Shown here: one piece after another, positions 39,590-52,541 of the stretch
How the letters are laid out: every line of letters begins with the position of its first letter
How positions within the stretch are numbered: the stretch's first letter is position 1
Source of the DNA: Malacoraja senta
Lineage: Eukaryota
Length of the DNA: 64,000 nt
Direction: 5' to 3'
Assembly: GCA_038087875.1 (NCBI GenBank)
Contig: JAXLNO010002284.1
Location: 62,001 to 126,000 of the forward strand
Position numbers and translations under genes: made by a program
The notes under the pieces: model-generated
Databases searched by the model: none
Told to the model about the DNA's origin: nothing
What the model saw: the letters and a program-made list of their open reading frames with translations, nothing else

Positions 39590-40147
39590 TGATCTGATTC
39601 TTTTAATGAAGTAGTTCAATAGCAAAAGAAGGTGATGGCAAGACAGCTGATTAATGAGTAGGATTTGACATATTATTGTGCTATTGACAACACTGTCGAG
39701 GACTGCCTAGAAAGGAGTCAGAGCTGGGGCAAGATGCATGTCTGACATATCAGCATGATGATTGTACAATAAACAAACTTGATTGACTTAGTTAAACAGT
39801 TTGTTTAAAGTGTGGAGGAAATAGTATCCATGACATAAATGTCATTTCTTTCAGGAAATGCAATGTGTGCGATGGCTAAAAACAAATTATGCACGTAAAT
39901 GTAGCGTTACTCATGTATAGCTGTGCAGTATGTGTTTTCTTTAACAACAGTAAAAGCAATTCAGATCAGCTCCTAATTACTGACTCTTCGCATTGCAAAT
40001 CTCTGCAAATGAAAAGGGCTCCCACCATCTGTTTGCATGTACTTTGATCAGCCATCAAAAGAAAAAAAATATTGATTAAAGACAGTCATCAAGTACAGAT
40101 ATCCATGAATTGGAATAATCCTTAAAAAATCAAATTGATTATTATGG

Positions 40148-40861
40148 AAGGTAGACAAAAATGCTGGAGCAACTCAGCGGATGAGGCAGCATCTATGGAG
40201 CGAAGGAATAGGTGACGTTTCGGGTCGAGACCCTTCTTCAGACTGATGTGGGGGTGAGGGGGGCGGGAAGAAGAAAGGAAGAGGTGGAGACACTGGGCTG
40301 TGGGAGAGCTGGGAAGGGGAGGGGAAGGAAGGAGAAAGCAAGGACTACCTGAAATTGGAGGTCTATGTTCATACCGCTGGGGTGTAAACTACCCAATCGA
40401 AGTATGAGGTGCTGCTCCTGCAATTTGCGGTGGGACTCACTCTGGCCATGGAGGAGGCCCAGGACAGAAAGGTCGGATTCAGAATGGGAGGGGGAGTTGA
40501 AGTGCTGAGCCACCGGGAGATCAGGTTGGTGAATGCGAACTGTGCGGAGGTGTTGGGCGATCGCCAAGCCTGCGCTTGGTCTCACCGATGTAGAGCAGTT
40601 GATACCTAGAGCAGCGGATGCAATAGATGAGGTTGGAGGAGGTGCAGGTGAACCTCTGCCTCACCTGGAAAGACTGCTTAGGTCCTTGGATGGAGTCAAG
40701 GGGGGAGGTAAAGCGACAAGTGTAGCATTTCCTGCGGTTGCAAGGGAAAGTACCAGGGGAGAGGGTGGTTTGGGTGGGAAGGGACAAATTGACCAGGGAG
40801 TTACGGAGGGAGCGGTCTGTGCAGAAAGTCGAAAGGGGAGAGGATGGGAAGATGTGGCCAG
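40148..40861 (-). mobile_element. Penelope-like retroelement 3' fragment
   Basis: PGTFPCNRRKCYTC...LIYCIRCSRYQLLYIGETKRRL, frameshifted; tail matches 3935-4472. Confidence 0.92.
40211..40244 (-). ncRNA. Minimal type I hammerhead ribozyme-like motif (best-preserved copy)
   Basis: agt-CTGAAGA-A-GGGT-CTCG-ACCC-GAAAC-GTC-acc; loopless ACGT palindrome in place of stem III; stem I about 2 bp. Confidence 0.62.
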
Positions 40862-42087
40862 AATGTTTGTGCCAAACATGAAGTTAAGTTAAACTGATCT
40901 CATCTGTCTGTACATGATCCATATCCTTCTATTCCTTGTACTTCCACGTGCTTACCTAAAATATATTCTAATTTAAAAGGATTCTTTAAAATTGCCTCAC
41001 TCATGTTTCACTGTCTTGTAGAGAGCTATTTAGTTTTGAAAAACCTACATTATGTGCAAGAATAATGTCAGTTATCTTGCCCTCGAACACTCAGTTCTAC
41101 AGTTTCTTCCATGGTTATTAATTAAGCAACTGTTACGACCCATTTGACTACCTTCAAACTTTAAAAAATGAGCTTTTGGTCCTTTAAGATAATATGAAAA
41201 TGTTTGTTGTTGTATGAAAGTTATTTTGTGTTCCACAATTCAATAAATGAATGGGATCATCTAATTTGTGCAGCTGTTCCACAAGATCAATACATCTATT
41301 AAAAAAATCATGTTAGCACTAAAAAGGATTTTCTGATTAAATAAGTTACTTGCACGTGAGCCACAAGTACATATATATGTCCAAAGCCTTTTTTTATACA
41401 AAAAGGAAATGAAACATGTGTGGAACACATGACAGCAGAAAGATTTTCAATGAGAACTGTACATGCCGCCACAACAAACCTGTATTACTGTGCTGCTCTC
41501 TAAATTGTTTACATGCAGTAAACAAATAAAAATGATGTACAATTCCCAATTTAATTACTGTGGTTATTTTGTGGAACACATTGTGTTGCACGATTGCTTC
41601 TCTCTCCAGTGAATAATTTGTGACAGTGATTGTGGGTTATCATATTTTGTGTTCTATCTTTAAACAGGATAGTAACATATCTGCCTGATCTTGTCCATTA
41701 TTTGTCCATGGTTCACCATTCTGTATTACTCTGTGCAACTAGATTTACTACGCTTTTGTACTAAAATAAATAATCATGTAAACTTCAAAGTAAGACAGTT
41801 TTATCTCTTGCACTGAAACAATGAAAGCAACGAACAATAATTAACTCATATTGCACAATATTTTCAAAAATCCTAAGCATACAAAATAATAAGCAACAGC
41901 AGTTTTAACTTATTTTTAATCATAGGACCCAGTTTCATAAACCCACGTCTTTATCCTGGTTGCAATTGCAATATTTTATAGTTAAAACAAAAGCAGACAA
42001 TAATTCTTCATTGTTTTTTATCTTTATTTACTTCACTTTCAATTATTCTTGGACCCTTATCTGCCTAAACACCAGCATAAGTTCCTA

Positions 42088-42945
42088 AAACATAGGAGCA
42101 GAATTAGGTCATCGCTAATCTATTGTTCTCTCTCAATCTCATTCTCTTGCTTTCTCCCTGTAACCTGACACCTTTAAGGGTCTGTCCTACTTTCACGAGT
42201 TATTCACAAATTCTCCCCAGTTTTCCCCTTGATTCAAACTCGCAGAATGTTCGTAACGAGTCCGTAGGTCGTAGGAGTTCGTAGATATATCGTAGCGGCT
42301 CGTTATGCTAGCCGTAGGTACTCGTGGCATCAGGTAAGTGGGAGAGGTGTTTCCAGCCCGATAAAAATTGTCCACGAGTAAAAAAATGGTCGGGATGAAA
42401 GAAATTGCAATATTTTTTACTCGTAAGGAGGGCATCGAAATAGTCGTGGAAATTCGTAGACATACTCGTAGGAGTTCGTGAACATAGTCGTGAATGGTCG
42501 TAGGAGTTCGTAGATTACCACGATCTTGATTTTTGGGGGGGGTCCTTTAAACTCGGCAGAGGTTTTGAATTAAGTCGTGAAAGTGGGACAGGCCCTTTAC
42601 TAATCAATAACCGATCAAACTCTGCTTTAAAAATAACTGCTGACTTGGCTTCCACAGCCATCTATGGCAATGAATTCCACAGATTCACCACCGTCTGGCT
42701 AAAGAAAGTCTGCCTCAGCTCCATTCTAAAGGTACATTCTTTTATTCTGAGGCTGTGCCTTCTGGTCCTAGACTCTCTGACAACTGGAAGCATCCTCTTC
42801 ACATCCACTTTATCAAGGCCAAAACTGCTCACAGTATTCCAAATGTGGTCTGACCACTGCCTTATAAAAACTTGGCATTACGTCCTTGCTTTTATATTCT
42901 AGTCCTCTCGAAATGAATGCTAACAATGCATTTCCTTTCAATACC
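42088..42945 (-). mobile_element. CR1 fragment interrupted by Harbinger MITE
   Basis: LLAFISRGLEYKSKDVMPSFYKAVVRPHLEYCEQFWP; CR1 tail at 42090. Confidence 0.85.
42177..42596. mobile_element. PIF/Harbinger MITE (420 bp)
   Basis: TIR aggg(t/c)ctgtcc(t/c)actttcacga; TTA TSD on both sides; many internal TCGTAG/TCGTG repeats. Confidence 0.9.
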
Positions 42946-44201
42946 TTTGAGAATGTATTTTTAAATGAACAAATACCCTTTTTTTGATTTTTCCCCCCAA
43001 AATCAATGTACCAATAAACTAACATTTTTTGTATCTGGGGCAGGGCTTTGCTGGTTGTGAAAGGTGTACATTATTTAATTAATTAAAAATATATATCCGA
43101 GTTTCAGAGTAATTGAGAGTGAAATAAATAGATTTTAAAAAATGAAGAATTATTTGTCTTTTTAAAGTAGAATTATTTACCACAAATAATTGAAAATAAA
43201 CTACATTAATATTAATAACATATATTTTCTTTTACCTCTAAATCTTTATGCTATAACTCCCAAATATATCAATAAGGGCTCAAAGCCTGCAACCAGTTTG
43301 ATCTAATGAAAATCTCAGAGGCAATTCCCCAGTGAAATGATGGCCAAAACTGACAGAAGGGCTGCATTTCATTGCTGAGTCTTCAGGAGAGGATAACAAT
43401 AGAGTCCACTCTTTCTGGGATTGGAATCGGCCTTCCAAATCAATGGGTAACTTCCGGCTTCTTTGTTGCACAGTACTTGCTTGGAAGCCTAGGATTTGCT
43501 TCACTCTCAATGTTTGAATGATTCTGATCGGAATAAGTGGCAATAGTCACAAATAACTAGCTCAATGAATGCTATGCCGACTTATGATCAGTGTCAGCCA
43601 ATTTGTTTAACTCAATTTGCAATTATTTCACTTCCTTTGACCAGATTTGAAAAACAACAGCAACGAGGATTATTGTAACCCACCAGAGTCAGGAAATGGA
43701 ATGAATCAATTTAGCAGAGATAAGTTTTCATTTTGCAGCAAATCTATTTGAGATCTATCAACCTTGTAAAAGATGTTAATAGATGGAGAACATATGTGGT
43801 AGAATGCAGACATTGAGGCAACTTTCTTCAGTTAAAATATGAAGTAATGAAACATTATGTAGAGCACATTTCCACATCCACAACCTTTTGTTCAAAGTTG
43901 GACCACAACAATGGAAAAAACATGATTTTAATAAAGGAAAATAAGTACTTTGACATTTATTTCAAAGCAACCTAAAGTCTGCAAAATTATTAGTTCTTGT
44001 TACAAGAAAGCTATAGGAAAGTAGTCAAGTAAGATCACAAGTACAATTTAATTAGATTTATGAGTATTTTAAAGGAATTTCATCAAGCCATTGCTTTAAA
44101 AGGTTATCAAATAATGTCGGATATCTGTGCTTCGATATTTAATTCAAACACGTACAAGTGAAAAACTTCTTAATGACATTTAATTTGAAAAATGCACTTT
44201 A

Positions 44202-44513
44202 GGGCAGCACACTGGTGCAGCTGGTAGAGCTGCTGCCTCACTGCGCCAGAGATCCGGGTTCGATCTCTATGTTGAGTTTGCACATTCTCCTTGTGACTGG
44301 GTGGGTTTCCTTCTAATGCTCTGGTTTCCTCCTACATTCCAAGGACGTGCAGGTTTGTAGGTTAATTGGCTTCTGTAAATTGACCCTTGTGTATAGGGAG
44401 TGGATGTGAAAGTGGGATAACATAAAACTAGTGTGCGGGTGATCGATGGTTCGCATGGGCCAAAGGGCCTGTTCCTATGCTGTATCTCTAAAAATCTCTA
44501 AACGAATCTAAAC
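44202..44513 (+). mobile_element. HE1-type SINE
   Basis: gggcagcac...gggttcgatc...gggccaaagggcctgttcctatgctgtatctct. Confidence 0.88.
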
Positions 44514-45560
44514 TTTCTTCTATTTAAAAATTCTACTGTCCTCTACATCACATAAATTACAAGTCCCTGAAATGATTACAAAGTTCTTGGCTTTATAATT
44601 CTATTTAGATGTCTATTCCAATTAATCACTGCTTTTGGAGAGAAGTTGTTCTGGATATCATTCTAAAAGCTGCTTTTCACCACGCCACTGGCCCACTGGT
44701 TAAAATATATAGGTCGAAGTGGTGTAATGGACTTCATTAGCTTAGGGATATCTGGATGTGGATGTGACAAGTAAGATGTTTAATTATCAACTTCTCTAGC
44801 TGCTATATTCTTGACTATACCTTTCAACTATTTTGCTGAAAAAAACCATACCATCCAAAATGGAGTACATTTTGCGAACCACTAAATTAATTCAATGCAA
44901 GGGGTTTATTTGTATTATTCGTAAAGGGATTCAATATAATTGTGTAAATTATAATATCACTAAGGTTACTCATTGACATCAATAATAGATTTTATTGTTC
45001 CATCTACTAATTTGAGGGATATTTTGGGACATGTGGAAGATCATTTATTAACATCTTGATTTTGAATTTAGTGAACAATTAATATCCATAGAAATCAATG
45101 TAATTTAGCATTTTATATGTTGTCCATTGCATGGCAAGTGCAAAATCGTTTATTGCTGTGTAATGACTAATTAATATCAAATCTAACCATTTATAGACTG
45201 CAGCTTTATTTTCAGTGAGATTTTATTACATACATGCAGTGACAATTTTTGGGTTTAACAGCAGCTGTTAACTGTTGGAAAATAATTCAACTTCAAAACT
45301 ACAATGGTATTGGTTCCAAATGATGTGTTGCCATTGTGGGTTTTAAGTACTATGCTATTCTTTTAACAATTGGTATTAGAGAAATTGTGTTCTGAAAGCT
45401 TTCCAGAATACAAAACAGTAGGGGGGTTTTAAATGTAAACCGTGATCAAATGATTGGACAAAAATTGCTGTAATTACAATGTACAGTCATTAATTTCTTG
45501 TCTTCAATTATAAATGTTCAAATAATTCAATTATAATCTGGTCATAAAGAACTGAATTAC

Positions 45561-45704
45561 CTCTGCCCTGTTGCTTGATGCTCTCGGAGATGCAGAAGAG
45601 ACTCTTCATATTCTTTATCCTTCATCCGCAGCTCTTCTCTCAGTATCTCAACAGTTTGTTTCATTTCTTCCATCTGCATCTTCTGAGATGTAATGCAATT
45701 CTCA
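45561..45704 (-). CDS. RPGRIP1L: RPGRIP1L exon 6
   Basis: ENCITSQKMQMEEMKQTVEILREELRMKDKEYEESLLHLREHQATGQR; 144 nt; AG/GT. Confidence 0.94.
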
Positions 45705-46291
45705 CTAAAGATAAAATATCAGAGACTATTAACCCAGAAAGGAGACTCCGATTAAACATTTTATGAATATACTGAAAACGCCCATTAATATCGTTAAAAT
45801 AAAATTTGTTAAAAGTGGATTAAGGTGAATAAATAGCAAGATATAAGCTGGCACACGGGTCCAGTGATGTCAAAGGGAGAGCATGCCTGTAATCAATATT
45901 CAGAAGTTTTACAGATTTTAAACATCACCAAAAAACAATGGAATATTTTCAGAAATATTAGCGGCTTTCTATTTTGTTTCAAAATTAAACATATTAAAAT
46001 TAAAATAATTCAATTTACAATGCAGAGCGAGTTTGTATAGAATTTCATCCTTGGCCAGATATTCACCATGTGCAATGTTATGGTTGTAATAATCCACTTC
46101 TGAAATTTGAATCCACTAAAGCCAAAGTAACTAATTTTGCAAATGGAGTATCATGCACAAATGGTGTTACATTCAGTGTTTAGTACATAAAACCAAGGAT
46201 GTACTTCCATCTCACTTAATTTTTTTCAGCCTCTTATTATCATTTTCTTATCTTTCTTCCATTTTCTATTGGTAAAGAGAATTTGAATCTG

Positions 46292-46385
46292 GAGTCTGAA
46301 GAAGGGTCCCAACCGTAATTGTCACCTATCCATGTTCTCCAGAGATGTTGCCTGACCTGCTGGAGTTACTCCAACACTTTGTGGC
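46292..46385 (+). mobile_element. Short PLE-derived element
   Basis: gagtCTGAAGAagggtcccaacc...gtcacctatccatgttctccagagatg. Confidence 0.78.
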
Positions 46386-46657
46386 CTTCAGCATGTAAAG
46401 TGGCACAGATTAACCTGTTGGCATGGTCCAATCCTAAACTCATTGCCTCATCTCATATAACCCACAAAGTGAATGACCACGAGTTGTGAACTGGAATAAG
46501 GAGGGATAGCAGTTTTTCAGCTGCCATGGACTCAAATGAACAATCTGTTAAAGACTGTGTGTTTCAATGATTCTGTGGTTACTCATCAGATTTCCTAATA
46601 CACTTATGAATACATGCCCACAAAGTAGTATAACTGTAGTTAAAAAGAGAGTCTTAC

Positions 46658-46763
46658 AGATTCCGTACTTCAGCCCGAGCATCTTCAAGCAAACTATGTC
46701 CATATCTGGGAACAATAGGTTGGCCACACTTTGTTGTCAGCTCTGGGTCTTGAACTCTGATTC
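46658..46763 (-). CDS. RPGRIP1L: RPGRIP1L exon 5
   Basis: IRVQDPELTTKCGQPIVPRYGHSLLEDARAEVRNL (human KYGNSLLEEARGEIRNL); 106 nt; tttag| and |gtaaga. Confidence 0.93.
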
Positions 46764-46839
46764 CTAAATGGATAATATACAAAGATTTAAAAAAAAACAT
46801 GCCTATGAAATAACAGAGCAAACAAAACATCAATCACAT

Positions 46840-47056
46840 ACTTTACACAAAGTGCTGGAGTAACTCAACGGCTCAGACAGCATCACTAGAAAATGGACAT
46901 GTGACATTTTGGGTCAGGTCCCTTCTTGAGTCTGAAGAAGGGTCCCTACCTGAAATGTCTCCTATCCACGTTCTCTAGAGATTCTGCCTGACCTGCTGAA
47001 TTACTCCAGCACTTTGTGTCCTTTTGTGTAAACCAGCACCTGTAGTTCCTTGTTTC
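46840..47056. mobile_element. Fold-back PLE-derived mini-element
   Basis: About 85-bp inverted arms centred on cccttcttgagtctgaagaaggg; TSD catcaatcacat at 46828-46839 and 47057-47068. Confidence 0.88.
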
Positions 47057-48544
47057 CATCAATCACATGCAATTTAGTCATGGAAATGGTTTGCTCCTGG
47101 TACAATTTTAAAATTCATTATCTATTCAGGCCAGGGGTTCTTTAGTAATGGTAGAGAACAGTCGAGTGAAGAATTGGAAAGGATCTTTGCTGATGAGTTT
47201 GCAGTGTAGACTTTGAGTAATTACTGTGTCTAATAAAGTTAGGACATTTAATAAAATGCATTTAACATTTCTATTTGGGACAGTTCTATAATTTGGTTTG
47301 TTATGGCTATTAATGGCTGGAAGTCCTATAATACATACAATGGGACATTTCCATCAAAACTGCTGAGTGCACACCTGATGAATATGGCTTTATCAATGTA
47401 CAATATGCTGTGTTATATCACTAGCCTACTCAGTTAATTTGGCACATTACCAACTGTCTCCACATCCTTGGTCCATCTAAGGTAAATATGAAAGGAAGTT
47501 CTGGGATACATTATAGTAATTACATTTATCCGTTTCCAAAATCCGTTATATTTAATTATTGTAAAGTACAAATTCCACTTTTGTCTGTAGATTTACATCA
47601 GGGATTGGAATTGCTTCTTCTTTCCAAGTCAATTAGAGTGCTTGGAACAGATGATAAAGTTGGGTTGCTCAAACCACCAATGATTGTTCTGGAGGCACTT
47701 AAATAACACTATATTAAATTGAACAACAGTGGAAGTTAAGCTTATTTTTCCCTGTGATGTGAAAGGTAAAAATGAAGTATGAGATAATTAAGAACAACTT
47801 GAAACAAAATTAATGAATACTGAAGAATATGATACTACTTCAGTTGAGCAGATAATGGCATACTTTTCTTTCTATAGTGGATGACTCAACTAACAGACTT
47901 CCATTCAGCTAAACTGCCAAGATTCTCCAAATGTAGAGTGTGTATTGAAAGCTCTAGGAATTCATTTACCAAAAGGTCAGATTAAAGGTTGGAATAGCAA
48001 CATCTTTTACCCAGTGGTGCAATATTAGTTGTAAATTAATTATCAAGCTGAAAAACTGGCTTGGATTTTACAGAAAGTGATCAAATTACATTGCTTGTCT
48101 GACCTTAGGAAGCTGCCGACAAAGATCTATTGACCTCTGTGGCACAGGCCTCCCCTTTTCTTTGGATCATTCTTGTCAGGCATCAGTTCAAGGGATCCAT
48201 GCCATGCCGTGATGTCAACAAGCTGGTTGAGCAGTCAACTACACCGAATAGTTTTAGCAGACATCAAACCGGGCAGCAAAACACCATTTTAAGTTAAAGC
48301 ATTAAACATAACAAGTATAAAATAAAGCTTGGTTCAACAAAAGATTACGGTGGAAGATGAAATATTGGAAATAAACTTCTTCATGGAAAGTTAAAAAAAT
48401 TGTAATAATTATTTCCAAAGCTTTACTTATTATAAAAATGTATCCAATATTTTTTTTTTAATTAAATTTTCAGATGGTATGCAACTACCAATGGGTGATG
48501 CAAAATACAAATACTGTAAAATACAGATACAAAAAGTTTAATAC

Positions 48545-48843
48545 CTTTTTTGACATTCTCCTGTGCAAAGGTAACTTCTTGAGCTTTTTTAAGGCCAGTG
48601 TTTATGCGTGACTGCACATAACTATAGGGAGTGTTTCTACGGCCCTGTACTTGCAGCTGCTGTTTAGAAGCTACAAGCCGATTCCTTAGACCCTCATTCT
48701 GCTTCTCCAGTTCACAAACTTTTTCCTGCAGCTCCTCGATCATCTCTTCCATCTCAATATCCCTGCCTATCCGCTTGGGGCCGCCACTCTCCAACTCAGA
48801 TCTCTTCTTGTCGTTGACGAGTCTAATTAGCTTGGTAGCCATT
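48545..48843 (-). CDS. RPGRIP1L: RPGRIP1L exon 4 (coiled coil)
   Basis: [14 protein letters not shown]...SRINTG...ENVKKG; 299 nt; AG/GT boundaries, phase consistent. Confidence 0.97.
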
Positions 48844-51816
48844 CTGAGAACAGGAAAGGAATATGAAAAGTCAGCAAAACTACTTTGTTGAAAAAGGCAT
48901 AAACATTGCTAAAGACGTTAGTGTGGATCGTGAATAATACATTTCAGGTTTTGATATAACTATTACTGCCTGTGAAGTGTGCTTTGATGTTAATCAAAAC
49001 CATAGTACTGCAATCTGCTTTATAACACTGACAAATAGCAGTTTCCGAGGGCTTATCATTCCAGCTTGCTACACAGGCAACACATACTTACTCCATATGC
49101 TTGATGAATAACAAATCAAAGGAAGTTATAAAAGGAATATACCATACGTTACTAAGAATAGTTCCAAAGAGTGGGTGTTGGAGGAATGCAAGTCTTGAAT
49201 CTCATACCTTAACATTGTGTTTGCGCTCTTTACTGTACCACATACAGCGTCAAGAATTTTAGACTTTAAACCTCACAAACCAAAAGATACAATAAAAGTT
49301 TAGGTGGTCCTTAATAAAACTCAAGCAATATGGAACACATTATTAATTTATAAGTTCCTATCTTTAGCTTGGCTTTGCAACCTTAAATGAAACAATTGCA
49401 AAAATACATTTGAGCAAATAATGACTTTCAGACACAGTTTTGTTTTAAATTCAAGACAGGCTATCGTGGTTTTCATCTTTAAAAAAAAAATACTCTTAGA
49501 ATCTACTGTTGGCATTTGATCAACTGTACCTTTGATTCCATCCAGTTTTGATGTGAAATACTAACTGGGAACAAAAGTCTATCAAAGGACACATGAGGGT
49601 GATGTAATATAGAGTAACAGAAAACATGCATATCGGTGAATGGAAAACACTTGGCACGCTAAAAAAGGAATAGTGGCTTTGATGAATAGGACAAGCTACA
49701 GACCCTATGAAATTGGTCGCACATCTTTAACACTAAGACGTTGTGCCTGGTTAATAACAAACTTTGCTTTTTGCACTAGGCTTGTCACATGCATAAAATA
49801 ATATCTTAATTTATTTGTTTAAGGTGTGTGATGTGCTCTGCTGTGCCACATGCCAATTGCCAGATTTAAGTAGGTAACAGTGTATTCAAATATATTTATA
49901 CATCAGACAAGGCTGAACAAATGCACATGTTGAGTAACCTTCAAATAACAATTAAATTTAAAACAAAAACTATTAAGATTGGTTAAACTTTTCCTTTATT
50001 GAAACATGTTTTATGGAATCTTATAGATGGAGTTAATTTCAAGAAAAATTAGAGGGTAAATTCATCAGACTATTTATTCTTGTTTAACTACTTGTACACA
50101 GCAAGTGGTTCAATAAATATCTGTTAAAATATTATTGGTTTAATTCAAATTGTACCATGTTTCTCCCAGGCAGGTTAATTTCTAGGTCAATTTATTTGCT
50201 CTTTTATTATCCTGCTGTCTAATCATCTCACAGGTGGCAATGATCTTAACATTTTCTTATTACCAACATAAAATAATAACTGGTGCTAATTAGAGATTCT
50301 TCTTTTTTTCCAACTATTTAGAGTTTCACATTTTTAACTGTCAAAATAATAATAATGATGAGAGAATCAGGTCCAATTTGATTAACTCAATTTTCAAATT
50401 AGGTTGAGCAGCAAACTACTATAATCTTAATAGAATTTCCAAACTTTGTACAACACTAAAACAAAATTAAAATGGGGGAGCAATATAAAAAGTACAGTCA
50501 GCCTGCTTGTAATATTATTAATTTCCTCAAATAATTCTAATAAAGCAGTGCTTAAAGCTATACATATAGCACCATGACATTAGTGTAATAAAATGTGTGT
50601 ACTGTATACTTAAAAGCCAATCTTGTTCAGTTTATTACATTACAATCAAATTAAACTAATAATATCACAACTGTTGAGCTTTTTGTGAGCAGCTGATACC
50701 TTCAAATACTTTTTTATTTATTGATAAATTTATTCACCTTTCTTTACAAAATGTTAGTTTGAACTTTTTGATTTGGCCTACACCTTTATTTTAGATACAA
50801 ATGCTCATTCTAAATCACTGAATTATTTCCAATTGTTTCCACGTGTTTGCTGCATACGGGAAGATGATCTAGCCATGAATAGATTTCATTTCAGTGAATC
50901 CGGCTGTCATTTTAAAATTATTTATTTATGGGATGTGGGTGTTACTGGCTCGGTTAGTCAGTGCACTGTACCTTTGAGAAGATAGTGGAGAGGTGTTTTC
51001 TTGAATGGCTGCTCCTATAATGTTAAGTAGGGAGTGTCAGGTGCAAAGTGATGAAGATGGACTGGCAGTATATTTCCTTCTGCAGTATGTGCACATGTTG
51101 TCTTAAGTGATAGATGTTGGATGGTGCTGTAAATAAACTCAGTCAGTGAGTTGCTCCAGTAAATATTTGATAAATTACAAGTAACATTTGGCTCACACAA
51201 GTGTTAGGTAGTGACTTTCTCCAACAAGAGAGAATATAAATGCCTTCCAATGACTTTCAAAAGTAATAGTGCCAAAGATATAATGGTTTTAAACTAGTGA
51301 GTTGCTTTTTGCTCTGTTATGGTGTTAAAAGTGAGCATTTATTCAAAGTGATGGCTGAGGTAACAATCAAGTAAGCTTGTTTGTGCTGTATTGTCCGATA
51401 TGAATACTTGATTCATCCAGGCAAATATAAATTATTTCAAATAGTCTGCCTATGTTACGTGGATGGTGAAAAGATTCTGGTGTGTCAGGAGGCGAATTGT
51501 TCGACACAGAATACACAGCCTTTGTTTTACTCATTGGTCTAGTAATGCTTATGATTGTCAATGACTGGTTCTGCCACAAGGAAAGTGGTGATGGGTGATT
51601 CAACAATGGGAAAGCTTTCTTACCCCATTTTCTCACAATACAGGAGACATTCAGATCACCAGGTCTATGCTGGCTCTCAAATTAATGCCAAAATTTTAAT
51701 TTCTCTAATTAGTTCCAAGTAATTTTTTCTCTCCACCATTCGATTTGACTCCCACCTGACTCTCATGACACCATCTCCACTGGGGCAATTTAGCAAATTA
51801 TTCTAGCAACCACAGA

Positions 51817-52011
51817 GTAGAAACAAGGAACTGCAAATGCTGGTTAATACACAAAAGGACACAAAGAGCTGGAGTAATTCAGCAGGTCAGGCAGCATCTC
51901 TGGAGAACATGGGCAGGCGACGTTTCAGGTTGAGACCCTTCTTCAGAAGGATTTCGACCCAAAATGTCACCTATCCATATTTTCCAGAGCTGCTGCCTGA
52001 CCTACTGAGTT
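51817..52011. mobile_element. Fold-back PLE-derived mini-element
   Basis: Inverted arms around cccttcttcagaagg. Confidence 0.82.
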
Positions 52012-52061
52012 GGCATGTCTAAGTTGGAAGTTGTGGGAAGGCATTTATATTCCCTCTTGTT

Positions 52062-52540
52062 GGTCCTTCGCAAGCTGGCTGCCCTTTTCAGGCAGCGCCT
52101 CCTGTAGATCTCTTTGATAGTGGTGAGGTCAGTAGCTGTGAAAGACCTGGCAGTGTCCACCACTTTCTGTAATCTCCTTTCTTCCAGGGCATTCGAGTTG
52201 CTGAACCAGGCTGTGATGCAAGCAGTCAATATGTTCTCTACTGTACACATGTAGAAGGTCAAGAGAGTATTCGTCGACATACCAAATCTCCTCAATCTTC
52301 TAAGGAAGTAGAGGCGCTGTTGGCCTTTCTTTATGATTGCATCAATGTGCTGGGTCCACTACAGATGTTTAGAGTTATGCATGCCCAGAAAGGTCTTGTT
52401 GACTCTCTCCACCACTGACCCATCGTTGACGTCATGTTTGTGGATCCTCGTCTTTCCTCTTCTAAAGTCAAATATCAGCTTCTTGACTATACTGACGTTG
52501 AGAGCAGGTTATTTTTCCAGCACCATTCAATCAGACCATT
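52062..52540 (-). mobile_element. Rex1/Babar-type LINE fragment
   Basis: LRRFGMSTNTLLTFYMCTVENILTACITAWF...LQKVVDTA. Confidence 0.85.
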
Positions 52541-52541
52541 A

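Noticed and set aside
42240-42520. CRISPR-like regularly recurring short repeats
   Set aside because: Irregular 5-15 nt words inside a Harbinger MITE in vertebrate DNA; no repeat-spacer structure.
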